A stretch of 64,000 bases of DNA from an uncultured Syntrophaceae bacterium (GCA_964541605.1 CAZIQY010000005.1:1220-65219); one strand, 5' to 3'; positions 1 to 9,414 are shown, counted from the stretch's first letter. Notes: generated by a model from the letters alone, not told the origin. Translations and numbers: made by a program.

Positions 1-1491
1 AATCATGTCCATGGTATGCTGCAGGACCTTGTCCATGTCGAAAGTGGAGGCAGCCAGGGCGCCGCCTATTTGTCTCAAGGTATCCAGTTCCTGGTTCCTC
101 CTGGCGAATGCGATGAGCAGCTTTTCTTTTTCAATGGCGCGGGAAAGGCCATCTGCCATGGCTTCTATCAATGTCTCCTTGCCTGTCAAGGATTCATGCT
201 GAACATTGCATAAAATCAGAATACCCGTCACAAGTCCTTCCACCTTCAATGGCGTCAATAGGACGTTGTGTGATGTATGATCCGAAAAAATCTCTTTCTC
301 AACCGGGTGGGTTAAACTGCTGGTTTCTTGAAGAATCAGGGGCCTCTGCTGTTTGATGAGCCTGTCGAGAACCGTCCCCTCGTACAGGTACGAATGGCCT
401 TTGTTCAGTGTGGCAGGAACAAAGGCCAGGAGATCCACAATGTATAACGACTGTTTGATGTCTTCATCTCGGGCCATGACGATGGCGATGTCATAGGGAA
501 CCACATTCTTTATTTCGGATAACATGACGTGAAGAAGCTCGCTGCCCCGAAAGCTTGAGTTGATAATCGAAGAAAGGTTTTCCATGACTTTGAGCTGCAT
601 GGCCCGGTCCTCGTTTTCTCTCAAGAGCCGGAGATTGTCGTAGGTAAAAGCGGCATTGCTCAACAGAGGGATCAGAATATCCACATCCTCCTGTTTAAGG
701 GGTTTTTCCGACTTCCTTCTGGAGATGGTCAGCACGCCGATGACGTCGTTAATCGTTTTTAAAGGCATGCATATAAACGATTTCGTGGAATACTGGGGAC
801 GGGATTGACGCCCGAAGCGTATGTCCGTTTCAATGTCTTCAACCAGAAGAGGGGCTTTATTGATCACGGCATACTTGGCAACGCTGTCGGCAAAGCTTCT
901 GCGATCCCCTTTTTTTGCGAAATCGCCCAGGCCGATGCCGGCCTCGATGACAAAGACATCCCTCTTTGGTTTCTCCAGGATCATGACGGATCCGATATCG
1001 GCGCCGGCCAGCTTCAGGGCTCGCTCCAGCGTGATATAAAGCAGGTCCTCGGTGTTGAATGTCATATAGCAAAGATCGGACAGTTCTTTCAGGGTGGAGA
1101 TTTCTGCTGTCTTTTTCTCCAGATTTCTGAAACTGCTCCCCAACTCATGTTCGAGGCTCTTAAAGGAATGTACAATGCCCTTCAATTCATCTTCCGCCGG
1201 GGGCGTCTGAGATGAAGAAAACTCCGTCTCCATGGTTTGAGAGATGTCTCTGGATATCCGGGCAATCTCGTCGAACATCTTGCGCAGCATGATGAAGCCG
1301 AAGAAGGAAAAAAGAAGGAATGCCATGAAATAAATGGGGATGTATTCGTCGCTCAGGATATCGTACTTCATGGCGAAGTACATGAATCCCCCAATGGGCG
1401 CCAGAAAGAAAAGGCCGAAGATGACGGAGAGTTTATAGTAGAGTCCCTTATTTTCCAGAGAGAGATTCTTGAGCCAATTCCCGGGATTCAT
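1..1491 (-). CDS. Membrane-anchored GAF-domain sensor protein (partial; C-terminus lies beyond the left window edge)
   Basis: The minus strand is open from the ATG at 1491-1489 to position 1 with no stop, so it is absent from the ORF track. My translation is MNPGNWLKNLSLENKGLYYKLSVIFGLFFLAPIGGFMYFAMKYDILSDEYIPIYFMAFLLFSFFGFIMLRKMF... It has two N-terminal hydrophobic helices followed by two GAF-like blocks (..GSVMILEKPKRDVFVIEAGIGL..FICMPLKTINDVIGVLTI.. and ..VTGILILCNVQHE..). It starts 21 nt downstream of the REC-HD-GYP gene. Confidence 0.7.
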   Translation of the reverse strand, partial: MNPGNWLKNLSLENKGLYYKLSVIFGLFFLAPIGGFMYFAMKYDILSDEYIPIYFMAFLLFSFFGFIMLRKMFDEIARISRDISQTMETEFSSSQTPPAEDELKGIVHSFKSLEHELGSSFRNLEKKTAEISTLKELSDLCYMTFNTEDLLYITLERALKLAGADIGSVMILEKPKRDVFVIEAGIGLGDFAKKGDRRSFADSVAKYAVINKAPLLVEDIETDIRFGRQSRPQYSTKSFICMPLKTINDVIGVLTISRRKSEKPLKQEDVDILIPLLSNAAFTYDNLRLLRENEDRAMQLKVMENLSSIINSSFRGSELLHVMLSEIKNVVPYDIAIVMARDEDIKQSLYIVDLLAFVPATLNKGHSYLYEGTVLDRLIKQQRPLILQETSSLTHPVEKEIFSDHTSHNVLLTPLKVEGLVTGILILCNVQHESLTGKETLIEAMADGLSRAIEKEKLLIAFARRNQELDTLRQIGGALAASTFDMDKVLQHTMDMI

Positions 1492-1512
1492 GGCACCTGT
1501 CTCCTGAATACT

Positions 1513-2541
1513 TTAAATGAAATTGAAACCCTTCTGATGGAATAGCTTGAGGCAATTCTCGACGACGTTTGTGTCATAGAGTGTGCCGCTACTGCTTGAA
1601 ATTACCTCCAGGGCCTTGTCTATGCCGAGAGCCGGGCGGTATGGACGGTGCGAGGCAATGGCCTCCACCACGTCCGATACCGCCAGGATCTTTGACTCAA
1701 TCAGTGTGTCTCTGCCGGTTAAACCGTCGGGATAGCCGGACCCGTCCATCCTTTCGTGATGCTCTAAAACGATCCTCGCTATGGGCCAGGGGAAATCAAT
1801 ATCTTTCAGGATGTCATAACCCGCCTGGGAATGCGTCCTGATCAATCCCATTTCCATATCCGATAATTTGCCGGGTTTGCTGAGGATCTCCGCGGGAACG
1901 GATATTTTGCCGATATCGTGTATAGCCCCGGCCATTCGGATGCCGTCTGTCAGATCCTTCGGAAGAACCATTTCCTTCGCAATGGCACATGCCAGCGTTG
2001 CCACCCGTTTTTGATGACCCGCCGTGTAAGGATCTCTTGTTTCCACGGTCAGGGCAAGGGTCTGAATCGTAGCGCCCATGGCCTTTTGAAGATTTTCCAT
2101 GGTGAGTCTCAGTTGCTCTTCAGCCTGACGGTTCTCTTTCAGGATCCTTCTTTCTCTGAGCACCCGTTTGAGGCGAATGATTATTTCCTTGAGACCGACC
2201 GGTTTGTGTACAAAGTCGCTCGCACCGAAGTCCACTATGATATCTTCATAGCTGAAGTCATTAACAAACCCCGTCATTATGATCACATCGGTGTCATATT
2301 TTTCTTTGATGATTTTTGTCAGTTCTATGCCGTCCATGAGGGGCATGTTGATGTCCGTGATGGCCACATCCACAAACTCCTTTTCCAGAATGGTCAAAGC
2401 TTCCCTGCCGTTGCCGGCGACGGAACACTGGTATCCTGTTAATTTCATGGCTTCATACAGACTGTCGCGGATGGATTTTTCGTCATCTACGATGAGAATA
2501 TGAATCTGCTCGGTGTGTGTTTTCGTATCTGTCCATGCCAT
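1513..2541 (-). CDS. Response regulator with receiver (REC) and HD-GYP phosphodiesterase domains (RpfG-like)
   Basis: The N-terminus ILIVDDEKSIRDSL...DVAITDINMPLMDGIELTKIIK is a typical REC domain. The C-terminus carries HDIGK and HHERMDGSGYPDGL, the HD-GYP signature. A GGAAGG RBS lies upstream of the ATG at 2541. Confidence 0.9.
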   Translation of the reverse strand: MAWTDTKTHTEQIHILIVDDEKSIRDSLYEAMKLTGYQCSVAGNGREALTILEKEFVDVAITDINMPLMDGIELTKIIKEKYDTDVIIMTGFVNDFSYEDIIVDFGASDFVHKPVGLKEIIIRLKRVLRERRILKENRQAEEQLRLTMENLQKAMGATIQTLALTVETRDPYTAGHQKRVATLACAIAKEMVLPKDLTDGIRMAGAIHDIGKISVPAEILSKPGKLSDMEMGLIRTHSQAGYDILKDIDFPWPIARIVLEHHERMDGSGYPDGLTGRDTLIESKILAVSDVVEAIASHRPYRPALGIDKALEVISSSSGTLYDTNVVENCLKLFHQKGFNFI

Positions 2542-2609
2542 TGTTCAACCTTCCGATGAGCTGTTGCCCCCTTTTTTTGACTGCGACAAGTGAACTGATC
2601 AGATAATAT

Positions 2610-3050
2610 TTACGGTTTTTCCGGTTCTGCAGCTTTCAGGAGGTTGTCGGTGATTTTCTCGTGAATGAGTTGCGATGCCATATTGTTGCCGGACATTCCG
2701 ATCCGGATGGACACCAGGGTTTGTGTCTGCGAGGCATATTCAACGTTTATCTGGACTTTCTCATCCTGTACGATGGCGGTTATCGTACCCGCCGAAATTT
2801 TCTTTTTCTTCTCGATGCCGGTCGCTTTCATATCCGTCATGGTTTTTTCACAGACCTTCCAGACTTTATCGATGGAAAAGTTGTAATTTGAGGTTAAGTA
2901 CCCGTCCGTAAAGATGAAATTACCCGATCGGATCCCCATGGTTCTGCCACCTACGGTAAAGGCTGTGTCGCAGCCTGAAATCAACAGAATACCAATGCAC
3001 AATATGAGAATTCCCCGAAATATGTCTGACTTCATTTTCTTTGTTTTCAT
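2610..3050 (-). CDS. Small lipoprotein (DUF3568-like)
   Basis: The signal peptide has a lipobox (ILLISGC). The internal ATG at 3050 (MKTKKMKSDIF...) is preceded by AAGGAGG. The track ORF extends to 3083. Confidence 0.7.
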   Translation of the reverse strand: MKTKKMKSDIFRGILILCIGILLISGCDTAFTVGGRTMGIRSGNFIFTDGYLTSNYNFSIDKVWKVCEKTMTDMKATGIEKKKKISAGTITAIVQDEKVQINVEYASQTQTLVSIRIGMSGNNMASQLIHEKITDNLLKAAEPEKP

Positions 3051-3120
3051 TGTTTTACCTACCTCCTTAAGGTAACTTGACATATACCCCCTTAAACTGT
3101 CAGGCCAGGATCACATCCCG

Positions 3121-3208
3121 CAAGCTCCCCTCGCGGGCGGGGAACTCGGTCTCTGCGCGGATTCCCTTCCTTCTGTCCTGCCAAGCTCCCCTCGCGGGCG
3201 GGGAACTC
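3121..3208 (-). CRISPR. Minimal CRISPR-like unit: two identical 27-nt repeats separated by 34 nt (61-nt period), type I-E-like repeat sequence
   Basis: caagctcccctcgcgggcggggaactc occurs at 3121-3147 and again at 3182-3208. Its reverse complement, GAGTTCCCCGCCCGCGAGGGGAGCTTG, shares the GAGTTCCCCGC start and the G/C palindrome core of E. coli-type I-E repeats. An AT-rich, leader-like stretch (3209-3289) adjoins the repeat on the side expected for a leader. There are no cas genes in the window. Confidence 0.4.
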
Positions 3209-3289
3209 ATAAAGTCGAAAACCCAATATTTTACTAAATATAGATGAATATCAAGTACCTGTCAATGTGATTTAAAACAAACGGCTAAC

Positions 3290-4129
3290 TCATGTGAATT
3301 GATGATATGTGGCCTGGAGGACGGCCCAGAAACAGGATAAAATTGTCAGAAGGATGCAGCCCGTTGCGAAGATACGATGCATGGATGTTTCATTTTTATT
3401 TTCATGGTAGCCCATCAGGAAAGCCAGCCCAATGCCTGAAATGACGCCGCCGCCATGCGCCCAGTTGTTGATGCCCGGTATGAGCAGGCCAAAAATGACG
3501 ATTCCGATGATCCATCCCATGGCCTGCTTGTAAATGGCTTCTCCATAGAAACCCCCGCGGCTTTTCCCGTAGTAAAGAATGGCGCCGATGAGGCCGCAGA
3601 TGCTTGCGGAAGCCCCGATGGTAAAGGGAATCCCCGCCAGAAAGGATAGAAAAAATCCCGCCACTCCCGTCAATGTGTAAATAACGATAAAACGGTTGAA
3701 ACCGAATTCATGCAATACGAATGGTCCCAGTTGCCGGAGGGCCGCCATGTTGAAGAATAGATGGAGGATGCCGCCATGGAGAAAAGAGGCCGACACAAGC
3801 GTCCACCAGCGGCCGAACCCCGCGATCGGGATGGCGCCCGTCGCGCCCAAAAGGAAGAGACTCCTGTCGGAAGGCGATAGAAAGGTCAGGGGGTTTGCCG
3901 ACAATCCCAATGAAGAAGGACTCAGAAAAATCGAGAATATGTAAAAACCGACATTGATATAGACGATGATTTTGACGATATCGACGAATCCTTTTGAAAA
4001 CAGACCCCAAAGACGGTTCTTTAACAGGGAACCGGGTTTCGATAACCCGCAATAAGGACAGGTTGGTTCATCCGCACTGATGAGCTTGCGGCAGTTGGGG
4101 CAAAGCATGGAGTTCTTCTCCATAACCAT
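3290..4129 (-). CDS. Rhomboid family intramembrane serine protease with an N-terminal zinc ribbon
   Basis: CPNCRKLISADEPTCPYCG is a zinc ribbon. There are multiple TM segments. The rhomboid motifs are HGGILHLFFNM and GASASICGLIG (catalytic Ser), with a later AHGGG. The alternative start at 4123 (MEKN) has better RBS spacing. Confidence 0.85.
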   Translation of the reverse strand: MVMEKNSMLCPNCRKLISADEPTCPYCGLSKPGSLLKNRLWGLFSKGFVDIVKIIVYINVGFYIFSIFLSPSSLGLSANPLTFLSPSDRSLFLLGATGAIPIAGFGRWWTLVSASFLHGGILHLFFNMAALRQLGPFVLHEFGFNRFIVIYTLTGVAGFFLSFLAGIPFTIGASASICGLIGAILYYGKSRGGFYGEAIYKQAMGWIIGIVIFGLLIPGINNWAHGGGVISGIGLAFLMGYHENKNETSMHRIFATGCILLTILSCFWAVLQATYHQFT

Positions 4130-4137
4130 AAACCTCT

Positions 4138-5358
4138 TTAAAAAAAACGCATCATGACGGGAATGGCGATAAACGTCCCGATGGATGTGGTCAGGTTGAC
4201 AAAAGCAACGAGGAGCAAGATGCGCGTAATTTTGTTGCGAAAGAAACCACCGATGGTGGTGACGTCATCAGTCAGTTCAAGAAAGTCCTTCACCTGGGGT
4301 TTCCGGACGGTTGCCTCGGTGAGACCGGCGATCCAGCCGGCGGCAATCAGGGGATGCAGCGTGGTAATCGGTGCAGCGATGGCTGACGCCGCGATGGTGA
4401 CGGGATGAGCCAGAAGGATCATGGCGCCGAGGGCGGAACATGTCGCCGTAATGATGGTCCACCATTTGATCATATTCATGCTTGCCTCAGATCCCGAATA
4501 AAAGAACCCGGCGATGAAAAGACCGAGGATCGCCCCCGAGAGCACCCAGCCCACAAGCTTCGACCAGAGGCTCGGCGGCGGGATCCGGTTGATCTCTTCC
4601 ATATCAACGGCGTGACCCATGTTCTCGATAATGCCCGGTACATGTCCGGCGCCCACGACGGCGACAATCTTGTGTCCTGGGGCATGGGCGATGGAATGGG
4701 AAAGATATTGATCTCTTTCGTCTATCAGGATGGTTTTCAAATCCGGCAGCTTTTCTTCCATGGCTTGCAGAGCCAACTCCAGCATGTCATATTTTTTGAG
4801 TCTCTCTATATCTTCCTCCGTGATTTGGCCTGCGATGAAGAGCGACAGAATCATCTCCGGAACGACCTTCATTCTGGTCAGGAAACCCATCTTCCGCCAT
4901 GCCCGCAAAAGGGTGACGCGGATCTCCCTGTCGGCAAGGACAAGGTCTGCGCCTGCTTCTTCCGCCCTGTTAATGGCCCGGAGCATTTCCTCTCCGGGTC
5001 GAATATTGAATTTCCGGGCGATCTTTCTCTGAAAAGACACCATCAGCAACTGAGAAAGAAGGAGGGATGTTCGTTTCTCCCTGATGACTCTGACAATGTC
5101 CGTTTCCTGCCACTTGTCTTTTTGTCTGATGGCCTCATAGCGGGATGTGCAGAGTTCAACACAGACCACATCCGGTTTTTCTTCGTCGATCAGCCGTTCC
5201 ACAAGATCGGCGCTTTCCTTGGAGACGTGGGCCGTTCCGATGAGGATGATGTCTCTGCCGTTCCATGTCAATCGGTGTACGTTTTCGTTTACCATGTCTT
5301 CCAAATCCCCGTCTGAATAGGAGGTATTTTTATGGTTATTCGGATCGGTTTGCGGCAT
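4138..5358 (-). CDS. TraB/PrgY (GumN-like) family protein with a C-terminal membrane domain
   Basis: RDIILIGTAHVSKESADLVERLIDEEKPDVVCVELC is the TraB-family N-terminal signature, and GAGHVPGI is present. The C-terminus has 4-5 TM helices. The track ORF runs to 5547. I prefer the ATG at 5358 (MPQTDPNN) because the extension overlaps a REP-like repeat. Confidence 0.75.
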   Translation of the reverse strand: MPQTDPNNHKNTSYSDGDLEDMVNENVHRLTWNGRDIILIGTAHVSKESADLVERLIDEEKPDVVCVELCTSRYEAIRQKDKWQETDIVRVIREKRTSLLLSQLLMVSFQRKIARKFNIRPGEEMLRAINRAEEAGADLVLADREIRVTLLRAWRKMGFLTRMKVVPEMILSLFIAGQITEEDIERLKKYDMLELALQAMEEKLPDLKTILIDERDQYLSHSIAHAPGHKIVAVVGAGHVPGIIENMGHAVDMEEINRIPPPSLWSKLVGWVLSGAILGLFIAGFFYSGSEASMNMIKWWTIITATCSALGAMILLAHPVTIAASAIAAPITTLHPLIAAGWIAGLTEATVRKPQVKDFLELTDDVTTIGGFFRNKITRILLLVAFVNLTTSIGTFIAIPVMMRFF

Positions 5359-5592
5359 GCGTGTTTTAAGCTCCCCAGAAGAATGTTCTTTCCGTGACAG
5401 GGCTGTCGAGATTTTCCCGTCATTAGCAGCATTCACATTGGTTGTAAAGCCCTTCTTTCCTTTTGACTTGACATGCCATGTTATCTCGTTTATTTTTTCC
5501 GGGAGATTCCAATGACGATGAGCCGGCAAAAAGACTGAGAAACCCATGTTTTGCCATTCCGGACTTTATCCGGAATCCATATACTCGTTGCT

Positions 5593-5612
5593 ACTCCCGC
5601 GAAAGCGGGAGT
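5593..5612. repeat. REP-like GC hairpin (actcccgc-gaaa-gcgggagt), same family as the elements at 38.0 and 38.6 kb
   Basis: It is a perfect 8-bp stem with a 4-nt loop, flanked by ggaatcca/tccag motifs as in the other copies. Confidence 0.6.
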
Positions 5613-5749
5613 CCAGTATTTTTCTCTGGATTCCCGGTGGAGCCTGCCCTCGAAAGTGCTTGTCGGGGGCGTGAATAACCATATGAGGTCAAATACGACT
5701 TTTTTCGAAGGCGTCAATTACCGAATACCATGGCATTGATGAGGATCGT

Positions 5750-6433
5750 ATGGATATAAACAGGTGGGCTGAGAATCTGATAGAGGAAGTTTCCGAGAAG
5801 TGGGAGCATTCGGAAAAGAAATATGATTTCAGTGAACAGGGATTCCGTGTTTTTGATTCCCCCGTCTATCCGTGTCCCGACCTGATGGTAATCGGGCACT
5901 TCCCCGCTGTTGAAAACAAGCTATCCGCAGGGGAATATGATTCTCCGCTTCCGGAAGTGCAGGAAAAACTTTATCATGATTCAAAAATTGAAAGGAAGAT
6001 GAAATACCTGTTCGAAGGCGTCGACAGAGATGAGTGGCTGGAGAAGAGCGTCAAACTGAATCTCATTTTCTTCCGAAGCGAGGATGAAGCGCAGTGGGAA
6101 GGCATGGAGAAACGTGTGCGGGATGATCTGGAAACGTTCTGCTTTATGAAGATGAACGACATTATCGATACCCTGAAGCCGAGGTACATCGTTACGGAAG
6201 GACTGAAGGTTTTTGATATCCTGATACGTTCCGTCCTGATGGGTTGTGATGATCCGGAAGTGAAGATAGGCGTCGGCGGCAGAAAGATCTACGCCAGGAG
6301 CCGCTATGGACACAGCCATATCATCGGTCTGGCGCATCTGACAAAGGATCGGTATAGCTATCCCGACTGGAATGACATCAAGAAGTATTTGAAAGCGGAT
6401 TTAAAAGAACTGGAGCAAATGTGCCTCCATTAA
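5750..6433 (+). CDS. Hypothetical protein (227 aa); weak resemblance to the uracil-DNA-glycosylase-like fold
   Basis: It is a clean ORF with normal amino-acid composition. The motif order LMVIGHFPA ... LNLIFFRS ... IIGLAHLT loosely mirrors UDG-superfamily motifs, which is only suggestive. Confidence 0.55.
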   Translation: MDINRWAENLIEEVSEKWEHSEKKYDFSEQGFRVFDSPVYPCPDLMVIGHFPAVENKLSAGEYDSPLPEVQEKLYHDSKIERKMKYLFEGVDRDEWLEKSVKLNLIFFRSEDEAQWEGMEKRVRDDLETFCFMKMNDIIDTLKPRYIVTEGLKVFDILIRSVLMGCDDPEVKIGVGGRKIYARSRYGHSHIIGLAHLTKDRYSYPDWNDIKKYLKADLKELEQMCLH

Positions 6434-6482
6434 ACATTTTCGAAGGCAAATTGCTTGCTGAAGGGAACGTAGAGATAAGATC

Positions 6483-6782
6483 ATGATGATTGAGAAGATT
6501 CAACTGAAGAATAAACAGGCGGAAGGCTTCGTTATCCCTCTTGGTTCTCTCAATCTGGTGGGTGTGGTGACGGATGTCGGCCTCGCCGGCTGCGGGGCTT
6601 TTGATGTTTCGGCGCTGGAAAATTTCAATTATCCGGCAGTCAAGGTCAGATCGGAAAAGGGAGTTCCTGTTGCGACCATTGAAGATTTGCTTTTGGGTAT
6701 TGTGAAGGAGGCAAATGCCGGGGCGGTGAAACTGGGTATTTGTGTCGGTATGACGGGCAGAGAAGCGCTTGAGAAGATGTAG
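6483..6782 (+). CDS. DUF1805 (YunC-like) domain protein
   Basis: It is 99 aa. The pattern LNLVGVVTDVGLAGCGAFDVSALENFNYPAVKV...GMTGREALEKM is characteristic of the YunC/DUF1805 family. Confidence 0.75.
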   Translation: MMIEKIQLKNKQAEGFVIPLGSLNLVGVVTDVGLAGCGAFDVSALENFNYPAVKVRSEKGVPVATIEDLLLGIVKEANAGAVKLGICVGMTGREALEKM

Positions 6783-6815
6783 GATCGGAAAAATAAAAAA
6801 AGGAGGATTCTGAAC

Positions 6816-7355
6816 ATGACCAAGGAAGAGAAGATTGAGGAGATCAGGCAGCGGGCGAGAAAGAATTTTTCACTGGGATACAACTGTGCGGAGTGCGTCA
6901 CGGAAGCGGTTTTCAGCCTGGTCGATACGGGGATGTCGCCGGATGTGAAGAAGCTGGCGACGGGATTCGGCGGCGGCGTCGGCCTCTACGGCGATACCTG
7001 CGGCGCCCTCATCGGTGCGGTCATGGCCGTGAGCGCCGTCCATGGGAGGACATCCCTTCCGGAAGGAGAAGCGAAGGAAGCCGCCATGAAAGGCAAGGAG
7101 CAATTGTATGGAAACCCGGGACTTTACCGGCTGTTCAATCAGATCCCGAATAGAATGAAAGCCAAATACGGAAAAACCATCTGCAGGGACCTGACCTCCC
7201 AGTGGCATGCAACCTGGTTGTGCCGCGATCATGCCCTTTTCTGCCGTGAAATCATTACGGATGTGGCAGGGATTGCGGCCGATATGATCCTTTCGGATAA
7301 GGAAGAACTCGCATCAAAACCGTTCGGCGACAACGTGGAAAATCTGAAGGATTGA
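6816..7355 (+). CDS. C_GCAxxG_C_C family putative redox-active protein
   Basis: It contains GYNCAECV and GDTCGALIGAVMA, the family signature. A strong RBS (AAAGGAGG) lies upstream. Confidence 0.85.
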   Translation: MTKEEKIEEIRQRARKNFSLGYNCAECVTEAVFSLVDTGMSPDVKKLATGFGGGVGLYGDTCGALIGAVMAVSAVHGRTSLPEGEAKEAAMKGKEQLYGNPGLYRLFNQIPNRMKAKYGKTICRDLTSQWHATWLCRDHALFCREIITDVAGIAADMILSDKEELASKPFGDNVENLKD

Positions 7356-7382
7356 TGTTCTAAAGAATGACGGAGATACATC

Positions 7383-8138
7383 ATGTTAAGAATTGAAGAT
7401 TTGCAGGTGAGGATCGGGGATCGGGAAGTCCTGAAACACATCGATCTTGAGATCAGGGAGGGTGAAACCCACATTCTCTTTGGTCCGAACGGCTCCGGGA
7501 AAACGACGTTATTGATGACCATTATGGGTTACCCGCAGTATGCCATCACGGCAGGCAAGATTTTCTTCAAGGGAGAAGACATCACTTATATGCCTATTTA
7601 TGAACGGGCCAGGCTGGGTATCGGCATGTCTTTCCAGCGTCCCCCAACCATTCATGGCTTGAAGACGAAGCAGATGGTGCAGATATGCGCCAAAGGCGAC
7701 ATTGATGTGAATAAACTGGCGGCGAAGGTCAATTTTGAGGAATTCCTGGAGCGCGACATTAATGCCGGTTTTTCCGGGGGAGAAATCAAGCGTTCGGAGT
7801 TGCTGCAATTGATGGCCCAGAAGGCGGATCTTCTTCTTTTTGATGAGCCGGAATCGGGCGTCGATCTGGAAAACATTTCTCTCATCGGACAGTCCATCAG
7901 CAGTCTTCTTCAAAGGGATTTCCATGTGGAACCGGACAGAACGCAAAAGCAGATGCGCCAGGCGCGGACCCAGATGGGACTCATCATCACCCACACAGGG
8001 TTCATTCTGGATTATGTAACGGCCGATAAGGGGCAGGTACTTTATGAAGGCGTTTTGAGCTGCCGAAGCAACCCGCAGGAAATCTTCAGGTGTATAAAAG
8101 GAATGGGATACCAGGAGTGTGTGCGATGCACGATTTAA
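7383..8138 (+). CDS. sufC: Fe-S cluster assembly ATPase SufC
   Basis: It has Walker A (GPNGSGKTT), the signature FSGGEIKRSELLQL and Walker B (LLLFDEPESGVD). The next gene, which overlaps it, is SufB/D-like. Confidence 0.85.
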   Translation: MLRIEDLQVRIGDREVLKHIDLEIREGETHILFGPNGSGKTTLLMTIMGYPQYAITAGKIFFKGEDITYMPIYERARLGIGMSFQRPPTIHGLKTKQMVQICAKGDIDVNKLAAKVNFEEFLERDINAGFSGGEIKRSELLQLMAQKADLLLFDEPESGVDLENISLIGQSISSLLQRDFHVEPDRTQKQMRQARTQMGLIITHTGFILDYVTADKGQVLYEGVLSCRSNPQEIFRCIKGMGYQECVRCTI

Positions 8139-9337
8139 ACGACAAAGCTGACCGGGCAAAGGAAAAAAAGGCCGTGCTGGGGCCGGATATCGATCTGGGG
8201 ACATTTACGGACGAACCCGTACCCCACCCCTATATGGAAGATCTGAGCAAGCTTGAAGAAGAAGACAAACAGAAGATCCTCCAGGCGGGCGTCGATGCCA
8301 GCGGGATCGGAAGATCGGGCACGTATCTGCAGATGGATACGGCGGTTCTTCATGCCCATTCAAAGCATGAAGGCCTCGAGGTTATTCCCATCAAGCGGGC
8401 CTTGAAAGAATGCGACTGGATCAAAGACTATTACTGGAAGCTGGTCTCCGTCGATGCGGACAAATACACGGCCCGGACCCATCTCAATCTGCATAACGGT
8501 TATGTCATCCGGGCCCTTCCGGGGAGCAAGGTCATTTATCCGGTACAGGCCTGTCTGTATATTGACAAGGAGAATCTGAGCCAGTACGTCCACAACCTGA
8601 TCATTGCCGAAGAAGATTCGGAGCTTCACATCATCACGGGTTGTGCAACAGCCCCCCATATGAAAAGGGGCCTCCATGTCGACATATCGGAATTTTTCGT
8701 CAAGAAGAACGCCAAACTCAGCTTTACCATGATCCACAACTGGGCGGAGGACATGATGGTGAGGCCCCGCTCCGTGGGCATCGTGGAAGAGGGGGGGCTG
8801 TTTTTGAACAATTACATCTGCATGAAGCCGGTCAAGTCCCTTCAAATGTATCCCACCACACACCTGATAGGAAAAGGAGCGGTATCCCGATTCTACAGCC
8901 TTCTTGTGGGAAGCGCAGGTTCCGAACTGGACGTAGGAGGCCGGATTTTCCTGAAGGAGGAGAATACAAGAGCGGAGATCATCGCCCGGGCCATCAGCAA
9001 CGGTGGACGAATTATTTCCCGGGGCGATCTGATCGGTGAAAAGCCCGGAGTGAAGGCCCATCTGGAATGCCGGGGCCTTCTTCTCAGAGGGGGTCTCATT
9101 CATGCCATTCCGGAACTGCAGGGCAAGGTGGAGGGGGTGGAGATGTCTCACGAAGCGGCCGTCGGCAAGATCGCCCAGGAGGAGATCCTCTATCTCATGG
9201 CGCGGGGGCTCACGGAAGATGAAGCCACCGCCACCATCGTCCGGGGATTCCTCAGTGTCGATATTCCCGGTCTTCCTCCGCAGTTAAAGGCGGAGATCGA
9301 CCGTGCCGTTGACATGAGCGAAAAAGACCTGATGTAA
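8126..9337 (+). CDS. SufB/SufD family Fe-S cluster assembly scaffold protein
   Basis: The C-terminal region GRIISRGDLIG...AHLECRGLLL...IPELQ...MSHEAAVGKIAQEEILYLMARGLTEDEATATIVRGF is typical of SufB/D. The ATG at 8126 overlaps the sufC stop. The track ORF starts at 8090. Confidence 0.85.
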   Translation: MHDLNDKADRAKEKKAVLGPDIDLGTFTDEPVPHPYMEDLSKLEEEDKQKILQAGVDASGIGRSGTYLQMDTAVLHAHSKHEGLEVIPIKRALKECDWIKDYYWKLVSVDADKYTARTHLNLHNGYVIRALPGSKVIYPVQACLYIDKENLSQYVHNLIIAEEDSELHIITGCATAPHMKRGLHVDISEFFVKKNAKLSFTMIHNWAEDMMVRPRSVGIVEEGGLFLNNYICMKPVKSLQMYPTTHLIGKGAVSRFYSLLVGSAGSELDVGGRIFLKEENTRAEIIARAISNGGRIISRGDLIGEKPGVKAHLECRGLLLRGGLIHAIPELQGKVEGVEMSHEAAVGKIAQEEILYLMARGLTEDEATATIVRGFLSVDIPGLPPQLKAEIDRAVDMSEKDLM

Positions 9338-9391
9338 ATTTTCAGGTTCTTTCTCAAACTGAGCGGGTAAATAATATTCCCCTCCCCTCAA

Positions 9392-9414
9392 TCCCCTCCC
9401 GTCAAGGGAGGGGA
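9392..9414. repeat. GC-rich hairpin (tcccctccc-gtcaa-gggagggga) downstream of the suf genes; REP-like or a terminator stem without a T-tract
   Basis: It is a perfect 9-bp inverted repeat read directly from the sequence. No U-run follows it. Confidence 0.5.
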
